From Elusimicrobiota bacterium (lineage in GTDB: Bacteria > Elusimicrobiota > Elusimicrobia > UBA1565 > JACRDR01): a stretch of 57,238 nt of DNA. The notes beneath the pieces are model-generated. The model ran no database searches. It worked only from the letters and a program-made list of their open reading frames with translations, and had not been told where the DNA came from. Of this stretch, positions 1-8,596 are shown piece by piece. Where the stretch lies: assembly GCA_041694815.1 (NCBI GenBank), contig JBGFSC010000016.1, forward strand, positions 1 to 57,238, given 5' to 3'. The translations under genes and the position numbers were made by a program. The number at the start of each line of letters is the position of its first letter. Positions within the stretch are counted from its first letter, which is position 1.

Positions 1-83
1 CGCTTTTAACTACTAATCCCGGTTACGTGTCCTGAGCGGCGGGGCGGGGCGCTAACGCGCGCCGCCGCCAACCGAGGGATAAC

Positions 84-716
84 ATGAAAATCCATACCGC
101 CGCTGTCGCCGCAATCCTCTTGATCTCCTCGTGCCTTGCGGCCCGGGCCGCGGATGGGAAGGACAAGGATTCCTCCCAACTAGGCGCGCCTCTGGAAGAG
201 GCCGCCCAGGAGATGCGCGCTGCCCAGGACCCAAACGCCTCCGCGGAGGCAGCTTCTGCGGATAACGACGCCAGCTTCGAGCGCCTGTTGGGTCGCATTC
301 AAGCGAAGGGAGAGGGCAGCGAGGATGGATCCTACGTCCCCGGTAAGCCGGTGCCAGGCGGCACCCAGCCTACCGAGGGAAAGCCAGCCTCGCCACCGGT
401 CGATAAGAAAGCCAAGCGGGCCGAGACCGCTCGGCGCGCCTCGGATTACGGACGAGGCGTGGGAAGCCTCGCCGGCGCCCTGCCGGGCGCCGTGGGCGTG
501 GGAGTCAATCTCGTGCTGCCCGTGACCCTGTGGAATTCGCTGCATTCGGTCCCGCTGGTGGGCGGCATGGCGATCGTATTAGCCGCCGCGGCGCTCGCCG
601 TGACCCTAGTAGGCGGCGTCCAGCTGATACGCAAGGGCTTTGAGTTCGGCGGCAATATCGGCGCCGCGGTGGGCAAGGGTGTGGGCACCGTCGTGGGGTG
701 GGTCCGCTATCGCTGA
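84..716 (+). CDS. Hypothetical exported/membrane protein with Gly-rich hydrophobic C-terminus
   Basis: SD-like GAGGGA before ATG; signal peptide (MKIH...AARA); C-terminal Gly-rich hydrophobic segments (GxxxG-like). Confidence 0.75.
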   Translation: MKIHTAAVAAILLISSCLAARAADGKDKDSSQLGAPLEEAAQEMRAAQDPNASAEAASADNDASFERLLGRIQAKGEGSEDGSYVPGKPVPGGTQPTEGKPASPPVDKKAKRAETARRASDYGRGVGSLAGALPGAVGVGVNLVLPVTLWNSLHSVPLVGGMAIVLAAAALAVTLVGGVQLIRKGFEFGGNIGAAVGKGVGTVVGWVRYR

Positions 717-819
717 AGCGCCTTTTCTCCGTTTCCTTTTCGTCGCTGCGGTGGGCCTGGTAGGGGTGTGTATGGTGATGATCACGCTCCTGGAGGGACT
801 GTTCGCGGACTGGGACCCG

Positions 820-1281
820 TTAAAGGGCGGCTTTTACGCGCTTTGGGCGCGTGATTTGCCGCGCTTGCGCGCGGCAAGTTCGAGACAGTATGCGCTCCTG
901 CCGGGAGAACATGCGCTTTCGCTGCGCTGGGGTCGCGTCCCGGTACCCAACGAGATGCAGCGTCCCGTGGACGGCGAGCGTCAGCAGCTCCTCGAGCAGG
1001 CCGTGCCCTAGCTCGGCCGCCTGCTTCCGGGCCTGGTACACCGATATATAGATGTCTCCCAGTGTCGATGGGTCGTCGAAGCCGAAGGCGATCACGTCCG
1101 TGTCGTAATTGTGCCGGAGGTAGCGGCGGTTCATCCTCCGCATCGCGCCGCGGTCTAAGAAAATCAGGTTCAGATCGCCGCGCCGGCGTCCGGACAGGGC
1201 GAGGCGGCAGGCGCGGCGCAGCAAGGACGGATTGTACGCGGATCGCGGCAGAAGCGTCGAATTGAAGACGCGGACCCTCAC
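820..1281 (-). CDS. ybeY: rRNA maturation endoribonuclease YbeY
   Basis: Motifs NRRYL...DTDVIAF, LGDIYIS and HGTLHLVGY; follows phoH; GTG at 1281 chosen as start instead of the longer ORF-track start. Confidence 0.9.
   Translation of the reverse strand: MRVRVFNSTLLPRSAYNPSLLRRACRLALSGRRRGDLNLIFLDRGAMRRMNRRYLRHNYDTDVIAFGFDDPSTLGDIYISVYQARKQAAELGHGLLEELLTLAVHGTLHLVGYRDATPAQRKRMFSRQERILSRTCRAQARQITRPKRVKAAL
832..877. repeat. Copy of the palindromic repeat module inside the ybeY 3' end
   Basis: TTTACGCGCTTTGGGCGCGTG is identical to the starts of the units at 14714/14875/15012; followed by hairpin TTGCCGCGC-ttgc-GCGCGGCAA. Confidence 0.75.
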
Positions 1282-1283
1282 CT

Positions 1284-2240
1284 CTATTTTTTGTCCCAGC
1301 GCTCGTAGGCGCTGATGATCTTCTTGACCAGCTCGTGGCGCACGATGTCCTCGGCGCCGAAATAGAGGAAATCGATCCCCTCGATGCCCTTGAGTATGTC
1401 GCGCGCGAGCACGAGCCCCGACACGGCCTTGTTCTGGAGGTCGATCTGGGTCACGTCGCCGGTGACCACGACCCGCGAGCCCTGGCCCATCCGGGTTAAG
1501 AACATCTTCATCTGCTCGGGGGTCGTGTTCTGCGCCTCGTCGAGAATGATGAAGGCGTTCTCGAGCGTCCTTCCCCGCATGTAGGCCAGCGGCACGATCT
1601 CGACGATCTCGTCGTCGCGCCACATGCGGAACTTATCGGGGCCCAGCATGCTGTAGAAGGCGTCGTAGAGCGGCTTGAGGTAGGGATGCACCTTCTCGTA
1701 GAGGTCGCCCGGTAGAAACCCCAGCTTCTCGCCCGCTTCCACCACGGGACGGGTCAACACGATGCGATTGACCTCCCGGGCTTTCAGCGAGCTCAAGGCG
1801 CAGGCCACGGCCAGGAAGGTCTTGCCCGTTCCGGCCGGCCCGATGCCGAATACCAGATGCCTGGCCCGTATCGCGTCGACGTACTCCCGCTGGCGGGGGG
1901 TGCGCGGGCGGATGGCCTGGCCGAAGGCGGTCATGGCCACCGCATCCTTGGGCAGCGGGGGGGAGGAGAACTCCGCCCCCAAGGACAACGGCGTCTCGGC
2001 GGGCAGGATCCCGGCCCCTCCTCGGATGCGGTCGAGAAGCTCCTTGAGTTTGCGCTGTGCCTTGGCGACGCGCGGCGCCGCGCCCCGAATGGAGAGGTAG
2101 AGGTCCTCGGCCTGCGGGTCATGGCGGACGTAGAGCTCCACGCCGAATTCCCGTTCCATCTGCCGCATGCGGGCGTCCTGCTCCCCGAGCAGCGCCAACG
2201 CCTCCTGGTCATTGTGAAGGTGCAGTTTCTTGGTCACCAT
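1284..2240 (-). CDS. phoH: PhoH family ATPase
   Basis: GPAGTGKT Walker [39 protein letters not shown]. Confidence 0.95.
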   Translation of the reverse strand: MVTKKLHLHNDQEALALLGEQDARMRQMEREFGVELYVRHDPQAEDLYLSIRGAAPRVAKAQRKLKELLDRIRGGAGILPAETPLSLGAEFSSPPLPKDAVAMTAFGQAIRPRTPRQREYVDAIRARHLVFGIGPAGTGKTFLAVACALSSLKAREVNRIVLTRPVVEAGEKLGFLPGDLYEKVHPYLKPLYDAFYSMLGPDKFRMWRDDEIVEIVPLAYMRGRTLENAFIILDEAQNTTPEQMKMFLTRMGQGSRVVVTGDVTQIDLQNKAVSGLVLARDILKGIEGIDFLYFGAEDIVRHELVKKIISAYERWDKK

Positions 2241-2243
2241 AGT

Positions 2244-4175
2244 TTACCTCGCGGCGGCGGCGCTGGCGCCTAGCCGTTGGTGGGCCTGGCGCCGCTGGTC
2301 GGAGAATAGGGCGTCGATCGTCGAATAATTCGGTAAAGTCGATTCCGCAACCGATCGGAACTCGTGCTCCGGCTGGCGCGAAAAGGCCTCCGCCAGGCGC
2401 TCGAGGCTGCTGGAAGGGGCGCCGAGGCTCTCCGGCATCGTCCAGCATTCGACGTCGAGGCCGCCGCGGTGGTGTACCGCCGCCGTGAAGGTTTCGCTGT
2501 CGAAGGTCAAGAAATGCCGAAGCTCGAGCGTTATCAGGGAAAGCGCCCGCGCATGGGCTCCGCTCGCGGCACGGAGGCGCCGGAGCCCGCGCCGCTTCGC
2601 CTCGAAGGCGTAGAGAGGCTGCGGGCCGAGTTCCAAATGGTCGACGATGGCGAAATGGGCGGCCGCGCGGCGCATATCCGCCTTGAGCGGCTCGACCAAA
2701 CGCCGGAAGATATTGGCGGCGTTTCCGTAACGCCCCTCGTTGGAGGGGCAGTGCTCCAGGCGTTCGAGGAACTCCTCCGAGAGGCGGGCCCCGAAGCCCT
2801 CGGCCAACTCCAGGGCCCGGGCGGCGTATTTGAGCACCTGCACCGATTCCGTGCCCGAGATCTCGCTGAAAAACCAACCGCAGCTCGTGAACATCAGCAT
2901 GCGGTGGCGCTGCATCTCGCAAAGGCGCAGGGCCTCCCGAGCCCTCTCGGGGCCCAGGGGGGCGCAGCCTTCCTCAGATAGGAAGCGATGCGCGGAGGCG
3001 GCATTTAGGGGAAGAAAGCGGCGACCATAGGCGTTTCGGGCGGACCAAGGATCCCGGAGCAGGCCGCGGGCGCGTCGCTCATAGGTCTCGTCGATGGCGG
3101 CGGCCAGCCAGTCCAGGGATTGCCGCAAAGGCCGCCTCCATCGCTGATTCCATTCGGGCTTGCCCCCCGTCCTGCAGCCGCAATCGTAGCTCCAGCGGCC
3201 GATGCCGTGAAAGCAGCTCCAGGAAGTGCCGGGCCGGATGCGGACCTCCCACTCGGGCGGGCATTCGGCCAGGCTTTCTCCGTAATTCGTGAGCCGCGCT
3301 CCCGGCTCCCGGCGGATCCGCGCGACGGCGTAGCTAAGGGCCATGTTCCCGAATCGATGGTGATGGCCGTAGGATTCGCCGTCGGTGGCGATGTGCGTCA
3401 AGCCTCCGCCTGGGCCATGGGAATCGAGCAGGCGCCGGGCGAAGCGCTCGCCGTCGTCGAGCAAGCCTTCGAAGGCGACGGCCTGGGAGAGCCAGCGGTT
3501 GTAGAAGAAGAGGTCCAGGAAGCGCCCCGGATTTTCCCGGGAAAACCATCGGTAGGGCCTCGTCGCGTCGAGCGTATCCGCGTCGACCTCGGTCCATTCC
3601 TCCTCCGAGGCGCCGAGCGGGCGCACGGCGCGCGCCTGATGCGGCGCCAAGACCGTGAAGCGAATACCGAAGGCGATCAGCGTTTCGAGGGTCTGTTCGT
3701 CGACGGCGGTTTCGGGCAGCCATAGGCCCTCCGGCTCGCGCTTAAATCGGGCCTCGAAGTCGTCCTTTCCCCAGCGTATCTGGGTCGCCTGGTCCCGCCG
3801 TGAGGCCAGTGGCATGATAACGTGGTTGTAAGCCTGGGCCATGGCATTGCCGTGGCCGCGCTCGGCGGCGCTGAGCCGATCGGCCTCGAGCAGCCGAGCG
3901 TACGCCTTCGGCTGATGGCGCTCCATCCATGAAAGCAGGGTGGGGCCGAAATTGAAGCTGATCCAGCGGTAATTGTCGACGATCTCCTCGGGCTGGCCGC
4001 CGGGGCCGAGAAGCGGGCTCTCGCCGTTGGCGCCGTAGCATTCGTGGAAAATGCGCTCGTTCCAGTCATGGTGCGGGGCCGCGGACTCCTCGCGCTCGAC
4101 TTCCTCGAGCCAGGGATTCTCGCGCGGGGGTTGGTAGAAGTGGCCGTGGATGCAGATCCGCCGGTCCGCGCTCAT
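2244..4175 (-). CDS. Glycoside hydrolase family 57 / DUF3536 protein
   Basis: HGHFYQPPRENPW, SFNFGPTLL, WLPETAVD, ATDGESYGHH, SWSCFHG, MFTSCGWFF; ATG 4175 overlaps the glgC stop (ATGA). Confidence 0.9.
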   Translation of the reverse strand: MSADRRICIHGHFYQPPRENPWLEEVEREESAAPHHDWNERIFHECYGANGESPLLGPGGQPEEIVDNYRWISFNFGPTLLSWMERHQPKAYARLLEADRLSAAERGHGNAMAQAYNHVIMPLASRRDQATQIRWGKDDFEARFKREPEGLWLPETAVDEQTLETLIAFGIRFTVLAPHQARAVRPLGASEEEWTEVDADTLDATRPYRWFSRENPGRFLDLFFYNRWLSQAVAFEGLLDDGERFARRLLDSHGPGGGLTHIATDGESYGHHHRFGNMALSYAVARIRREPGARLTNYGESLAECPPEWEVRIRPGTSWSCFHGIGRWSYDCGCRTGGKPEWNQRWRRPLRQSLDWLAAAIDETYERRARGLLRDPWSARNAYGRRFLPLNAASAHRFLSEEGCAPLGPERAREALRLCEMQRHRMLMFTSCGWFFSEISGTESVQVLKYAARALELAEGFGARLSEEFLERLEHCPSNEGRYGNAANIFRRLVEPLKADMRRAAAHFAIVDHLELGPQPLYAFEAKRRGLRRLRAASGAHARALSLITLELRHFLTFDSETFTAAVHHRGGLDVECWTMPESLGAPSSSLERLAEAFSRQPEHEFRSVAESTLPNYSTIDALFSDQRRQAHQRLGASAAAAR

Positions 4176-5401
4176 GGGGAGCGGATCACCCGCGTTTTTC
4201 CCCGCGCGACGACGACCAGGCCGGAGGAGTCGACCCAGTAGCGCTGCGAATCCTTTTGCCGGTCCTGGCCGATGTTCTCGCGCACCGGGATGTCGTTGAA
4301 GCGGTCGACGATAACTTTCGTTAGCCTGGCCTCGGCGCGGATCTTGCAAAAATCCATGATGATGGAGTCCTCGATCACCGCCCCCTCGTGCACGTGCACC
4401 CCTCGCCCGAGGATGGAGTTCTTGATGGTCGCCTGGCGCAAGAAACAGCCGTCGCCGACGATGCAATTGGAGAGCTTCGCGTCGATCACCTTGGCTGGAG
4501 GGCCGTCGTAACGGCCGGAGTGGATGAACCACTTGCGGTTATTGAGATTGAGTTTCGGCTTGGCCCCCAGTATGTCCATGTTGGCCTCGTAGAAGGCCTC
4601 CAGCGTCCCGACGTCGCGCCAGTAGCCGGCCTCCTCGTAGGCCTTGATCTCGGGGAGTACGTTGGTGGAAAAGTCATAGGCCATGACCTTATAGCGCCCC
4701 AACGCCTCGGGAAGTAGGGTCTTGCCGAAGTCCAGCTCGCCGCCGCTCGGCTTGGCGCTGAGCAACTCGATGAGTACGTCGCGGTTGAAGAGATAGTTGC
4801 CCATCGAGGCGTAGGCCCTCGAGGGGTCCGAAGGCATGGGCTTGGCGGTGAGGGGCTTCTCGTCGAAGCCGGTGACTCGGCGCTTGGCGTCCGTCTCGAT
4901 GATCCCGAAATGGGAAGCCTGGCGGATGCCGACGGGGCGGGCGGCGATGGTGATGTCCGCCTTGCTCTCGTTGTGGAATTGGAGCATCTGGCCCACGTCC
5001 ATGCGGTAGATGTGGTCGGCGCCGAACACGGCGACGACCTCGGGGTCGAAATCAAGGATGAGATTGAGGTTTTGGCGGACGGCGTCGGCCGTCCCCCGGT
5101 ACCACATCTCGCCGAGCCGCATCTGCGGCGGGACCATGGTGATGAACTGGTCGCGCGTGAGCCCTGCGGTCCGCCAGTTCGCGCGTATGTACTCGATGAG
5201 GCTCTGCGAGAGGTATTGGACCAGGATGTAGATGGACTGCACGCCAGAGTTGACCAGGTTTGACAAGACGAAGTCGACGATGCGGTATTTCCCTCCGAAA
5301 GGGACGGCCGGCTTCGATCGCTCCTTCGTCAAGGGGTAGAGGCGCTCGCCCTTGCCTCCGGCCAGGACGATCGCGAGCACCCGCTGTGTCGGCGTGATCA
5401 T
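4172..5401 (-). CDS. glgC: Glucose-1-phosphate adenylyltransferase
   Basis: LAGGKGERLYPLT, SKPAVPFGGKYR, GTADAV, ASMGNY, DFGK, YWRDVGT; ATG 5401 overlaps the upstream stop. Confidence 0.95.
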   Translation of the reverse strand: MITPTQRVLAIVLAGGKGERLYPLTKERSKPAVPFGGKYRIVDFVLSNLVNSGVQSIYILVQYLSQSLIEYIRANWRTAGLTRDQFITMVPPQMRLGEMWYRGTADAVRQNLNLILDFDPEVVAVFGADHIYRMDVGQMLQFHNESKADITIAARPVGIRQASHFGIIETDAKRRVTGFDEKPLTAKPMPSDPSRAYASMGNYLFNRDVLIELLSAKPSGGELDFGKTLLPEALGRYKVMAYDFSTNVLPEIKAYEEAGYWRDVGTLEAFYEANMDILGAKPKLNLNNRKWFIHSGRYDGPPAKVIDAKLSNCIVGDGCFLRQATIKNSILGRGVHVHEGAVIEDSIIMDFCKIRAEARLTKVIVDRFNDIPVRENIGQDRQKDSQRYWVDSSGLVVVARGKTRVIRSP

Positions 5402-5961
5402 CCGAGGCAGTCGACGAGGTCGCGGATGTCCTTGAGCAGGCAGCAAAACCGCGGGCCCCCGTCGCCCTCGCTTGCGGGCTCCAATTCGACGGTCTTAAGG
5501 TATTCCTCGGGGGTCTGCGCCTCGCAGATCCACAAAGGCCCGCCTTCGTCGAGCCCGCGCCGGTACTCGGGATGCGGCCGCAGCCCCGGGGGCGGTTTCG
5601 CTAGGGAGGGTGACGCGCCGTGCCGGATGAAGAGGTACTTGAGGCTCTTTTCCGGGTCCGGAGGCGTGCCGACCAGCAGGTACGAATACGCCGGGATGAG
5701 GAATTTGCCCAAGCCGCTCGATTGAAGCCGGCATTGCATGTCCTGCAGCAGCTCCAGGGATTCGGCCGCGCGCCACATCAGGATATCGCAGTCGGCGCGC
5801 AGCCCGGTCAGGGAGTAGCTGAGCAAGGACATCTTGTTCTGATAGGATTCCCATGTTCCCAGGAATGCCTGCTTGGCGACGAGGCGCTCGTTGGATTCCA
5901 GGTTGTGGAAGGCCCCATCGAGGCGCAAGAAAAGCAGGTGGATGAAACGCGTATCACTCAT
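5398..5961 (-). CDS. Chlorite dismutase/coproheme decarboxylase-like protein, apparently degenerate
   Basis: N-half SYSLTGLRADCDILMW...LGKFLIPAYSYL resembles the Cld/ChdC family; C-half shortened. Confidence 0.65.
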   Translation of the reverse strand: MSDTRFIHLLFLRLDGAFHNLESNERLVAKQAFLGTWESYQNKMSLLSYSLTGLRADCDILMWRAAESLELLQDMQCRLQSSGLGKFLIPAYSYLLVGTPPDPEKSLKYLFIRHGASPSLAKPPPGLRPHPEYRRGLDEGGPLWICEAQTPEEYLKTVELEPASEGDGGPRFCCLLKDIRDLVDCLG

Positions 5962-6841
5962 CGCTTTCCTGCGAGGGGCGGTCGTAAGGCGATTCCTCGA
6001 TCACCGGGCGGGCCCGCGGCGGCGGGTCCGGAGCGTGCTGGCGCGCCGCTCCCAGCTCCTTCGGATCGAGGGACAGGAGGGGGCGGCCCGGCTCGGCGCC
6101 AGACGTAATCTCGGTCCATTCCTTCGTGGTGATGCCGGTCGAGACGCGCAGCGGCAGATAAACCGAGTCTTCATAACGGATTAAGGCGCCGGTCGGGGCC
6201 TTGAGGACATCCTTCTTGACGAGCGCAATGATACGCCCCTCCCAGCGCGTGCCCGGGTCCAAATAGCGGCGACGGCTTAAAGGCGCCCGCAGGGCGGGGC
6301 GAACGGCTTCCAAGGTCACCGTCTCGCGTCGGGACGGGTTGCCGACCGGCCAATACTCCAGCAGCTGCCCGGCCTCCAGCCATCTTAGATCCCCGGGATC
6401 GACGGCGCCCTCCAGGCGCAGAGTTTTGGCGACCTCGAAGAGCAGGGCGCCTGGCTGCACCCATCGTTTAGGCTTGGCGTAAGCATGCAGGATAAAGCAA
6501 TCGGCCGGGCAGCGGATTTCCGCCGGCCGATATATCTTACGCCAGCGTTCTTGCAGGACCTCGCTGGGCGTCGTTTGGCGAGTGTCCATGAGCGCGGCCA
6601 GGTCTTGGTCGAGTAATACACCGAGCGGAGCCTCGGGGCCGGCCCACACCCCCGTCGAAGAGGAAACGGCTTCCACCCGGCCTTCGATACTCGACTTGAG
6701 CCGAAGCAAATCGTCCGTGACAACGACGCCCTGGGCGGGCACGACGACGCGAATTTCTCCCCGTGTCAATTCCTGGCTTCGCTGCGCCTCGGCAATCGAG
6801 GAGGACGCGGCGAGGACTACAGCGAGGCTAACGGACTTCAA
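5954..6841 (-). CDS. Exported protein resembling an RND/HlyD periplasmic adaptor
   Basis: TTG start gives signal peptide MKSVSLAVVLAASSSIAEA; IEGRVEAV / IRCPADC..VQPGALLF lipoyl-like halves; V-STG...TEITSG C-terminus. Confidence 0.55.
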   Translation of the reverse strand: MKSVSLAVVLAASSSIAEAQRSQELTRGEIRVVVPAQGVVVTDDLLRLKSSIEGRVEAVSSSTGVWAGPEAPLGVLLDQDLAALMDTRQTTPSEVLQERWRKIYRPAEIRCPADCFILHAYAKPKRWVQPGALLFEVAKTLRLEGAVDPGDLRWLEAGQLLEYWPVGNPSRRETVTLEAVRPALRAPLSRRRYLDPGTRWEGRIIALVKKDVLKAPTGALIRYEDSVYLPLRVSTGITTKEWTEITSGAEPGRPLLSLDPKELGAARQHAPDPPPRARPVIEESPYDRPSQESDE

Positions 6842-7580
6842 GGCGAGCGGTAGGAGTCGCCTGCTCCTTGTCGGACTGGAGCTTGGCGTTGGCGCCTTTC
6901 CAGACATGGGTGAGGAACGCGGCGTAGGTCCACGGCATGGCGGCGGCAAAAAACTCGGCGAGGGCCTCGGCGTAGGCCTGTATCTCGAGCTGAGCGTGCT
7001 TGTCGGCGCGCAAAACCAGGAAATTCATGAGGCTGCGCGCGTTGACGGTCCAATAGAATTCCGTATAGAGGTTGACCGGGAGAGCCATACGGGCCATCTC
7101 CCGAGCCACGCCCATTTCGATCAGCCTGTGGTAGGCCTTCTGGCTGAGTTCGACGGTTTCCCGAAGTATCCGGCCGGCCTCCTCCTGGTCGATGGACGTT
7201 GCGGCGGCGACCGAGCCCTGCTTATTCTTGGCGTCTTGGGCCCGCCAAGACAGCGGCATGTAGAACTCGTCGCGGACCTCCGTGTACCGGTAGCTGATCT
7301 CGTTATAGGAGGCCCAGCGGTGCCTGAACCATTGGCGCGCGACGAAAATAGGGGTCTTGACGTGGAATTTGAAGACCGAGTGCTCGAAGGGAGTCATATG
7401 CTGGTGTTCCAAGAGATAGGAGATGAGTTTGCGGTCCTTCTCCTCGCCCTTCGACGTGCCCGCGTAGGACACGCGGGCCGCTTCCACGACGCCGGGGTCG
7501 CCTCCCAGATGCGCGACCAGGCGCACGAAGCCCTTGTCGAGGACCTTGATTTCCGTTTCCGCCTTGACCGCGTGGTTCAT
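6828..7580 (-). CDS. thyX: FAD-dependent thymidylate synthase
   Basis: AARVSY, HMTPFEH, IFVARQWFRHR...NEISYRY, REMAR, LRADKHAQLEI. Confidence 0.96.
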   Translation of the reverse strand: MNHAVKAETEIKVLDKGFVRLVAHLGGDPGVVEAARVSYAGTSKGEEKDRKLISYLLEHQHMTPFEHSVFKFHVKTPIFVARQWFRHRWASYNEISYRYTEVRDEFYMPLSWRAQDAKNKQGSVAAATSIDQEEAGRILRETVELSQKAYHRLIEMGVAREMARMALPVNLYTEFYWTVNARSLMNFLVLRADKHAQLEIQAYAEALAEFFAAAMPWTYAAFLTHVWKGANAKLQSDKEQATPTARLEVR

Positions 7581-8545
7581 GTTTTATGAGCTCCGGTATG
7601 GTGGGCGGGTGCCCGCTTGCGTGGGGCGGGGGGCAGAGAGCCCGAGGGGCCCTTATAGCGCCGCATATCCGGCAGTCCCGCTGCCTCGCGCGCCTTGAGT
7701 TCGACCCATTCGGCGATTCGGGCGTCCGGAAGCAGGGTTTCTCCGCTCCACGCGTAAAAAGTCCCCTCGAGGCTGCGTCGGATATGCCGTTCGATGCCGC
7801 CCTGGGCGATGAGGTGCGGGACCACCAGGACCCGTCCCTTGTGGCTGAGGCTCCGAACGAGCGCGCGAAGCTCCTCATCCGCCTTCCGCCGGACCTCGGG
7901 CGACGCGTCGTCGCGCAGGGTGGCGCCGTAAACGCCCGCGAAGGATCCATCGCGGCGGACGGTTTCGCCCAGCGTCGCGAGAGTCCTCATCCAAAGCTCG
8001 TTGTCCTCGTCCTTGAGCGGCCCGTGGCCCACCAGCACGACGTGCTCTTTGGCGCTGTCGCGGCTCAATTGGCGCGCCCGGTCGGTCAGGATTTTCGCGA
8101 CCAGGGGATGGTCGTCGAGCGCGCTGGTCATGACCAAGGGCTTATCCGTTTGAATGCGCTTGACCGTGACGGTGTTCATGTGAGCGTGTGGCGCCTCAAG
8201 GAACTCGCGGGAAGGGTGCTCGCGGATCCCCAGGACGAATTTCGTCTCCTCGATCACTTCGGAGTGGGAGGAGATGAAGAGGGGAACCACGACGACTTTC
8301 TTCACCTTATGACGCGACAGCCGATCGATGCCGGTCTGGATCTCGCGCGGGTCGGCCATACCGAAGGCGACTTCGATCGGGAACCGAGGTTGCAGGGCCT
8401 TTTGAATGTCTAGGACCGCGCGGTTCCATGGCGCGCTGCCTCCGTGGCCTAAGAGCAGTACGCCCCATTCATGCGGGGCTCGGGACGCGCCAAGCGCCGC
8501 CGCTAGTAGGGCGTGGAGAAGCCAGAAAGTTACGGTAGGGATCAT
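7577..8545 (-). CDS. Exported CbiX/SirB-like class II chelatase-fold protein
   Basis: Signal peptide; LLGHGG, VAFGMAD, VVVPLFISSHS, LDDHPL, LVGHGP. Confidence 0.75.
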   Translation of the reverse strand: MIPTVTFWLLHALLAAALGASRAPHEWGVLLLGHGGSAPWNRAVLDIQKALQPRFPIEVAFGMADPREIQTGIDRLSRHKVKKVVVVPLFISSHSEVIEETKFVLGIREHPSREFLEAPHAHMNTVTVKRIQTDKPLVMTSALDDHPLVAKILTDRARQLSRDSAKEHVVLVGHGPLKDEDNELWMRTLATLGETVRRDGSFAGVYGATLRDDASPEVRRKADEELRALVRSLSHKGRVLVVPHLIAQGGIERHIRRSLEGTFYAWSGETLLPDARIAEWVELKAREAAGLPDMRRYKGPSGSLPPAPRKRAPAHHTGAHKT

Positions 8546-8551
8546 TTCGCC

Positions 8552-8590
8552 ATTCTACAAAATAATCTCACCCGGGGTATTTTCTATAAT
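8552..8590. promoter_or_regulatory. Divergent -10 elements (putative leaderless promoters)
   Basis: TAGAAT on - strand (8552-8557) 6 nt before ATG 8545; TATAAT (8585-8590) 6 nt before TTG 8597. Confidence 0.55.
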
Positions 8591-8596
8591 TAGGTA

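Noticed and set aside
640..1011. 123-aa + strand ORF
   Set aside because: Overlaps both the 84..716 gene and ybeY, includes repeat sequence and has no recognisable motif.
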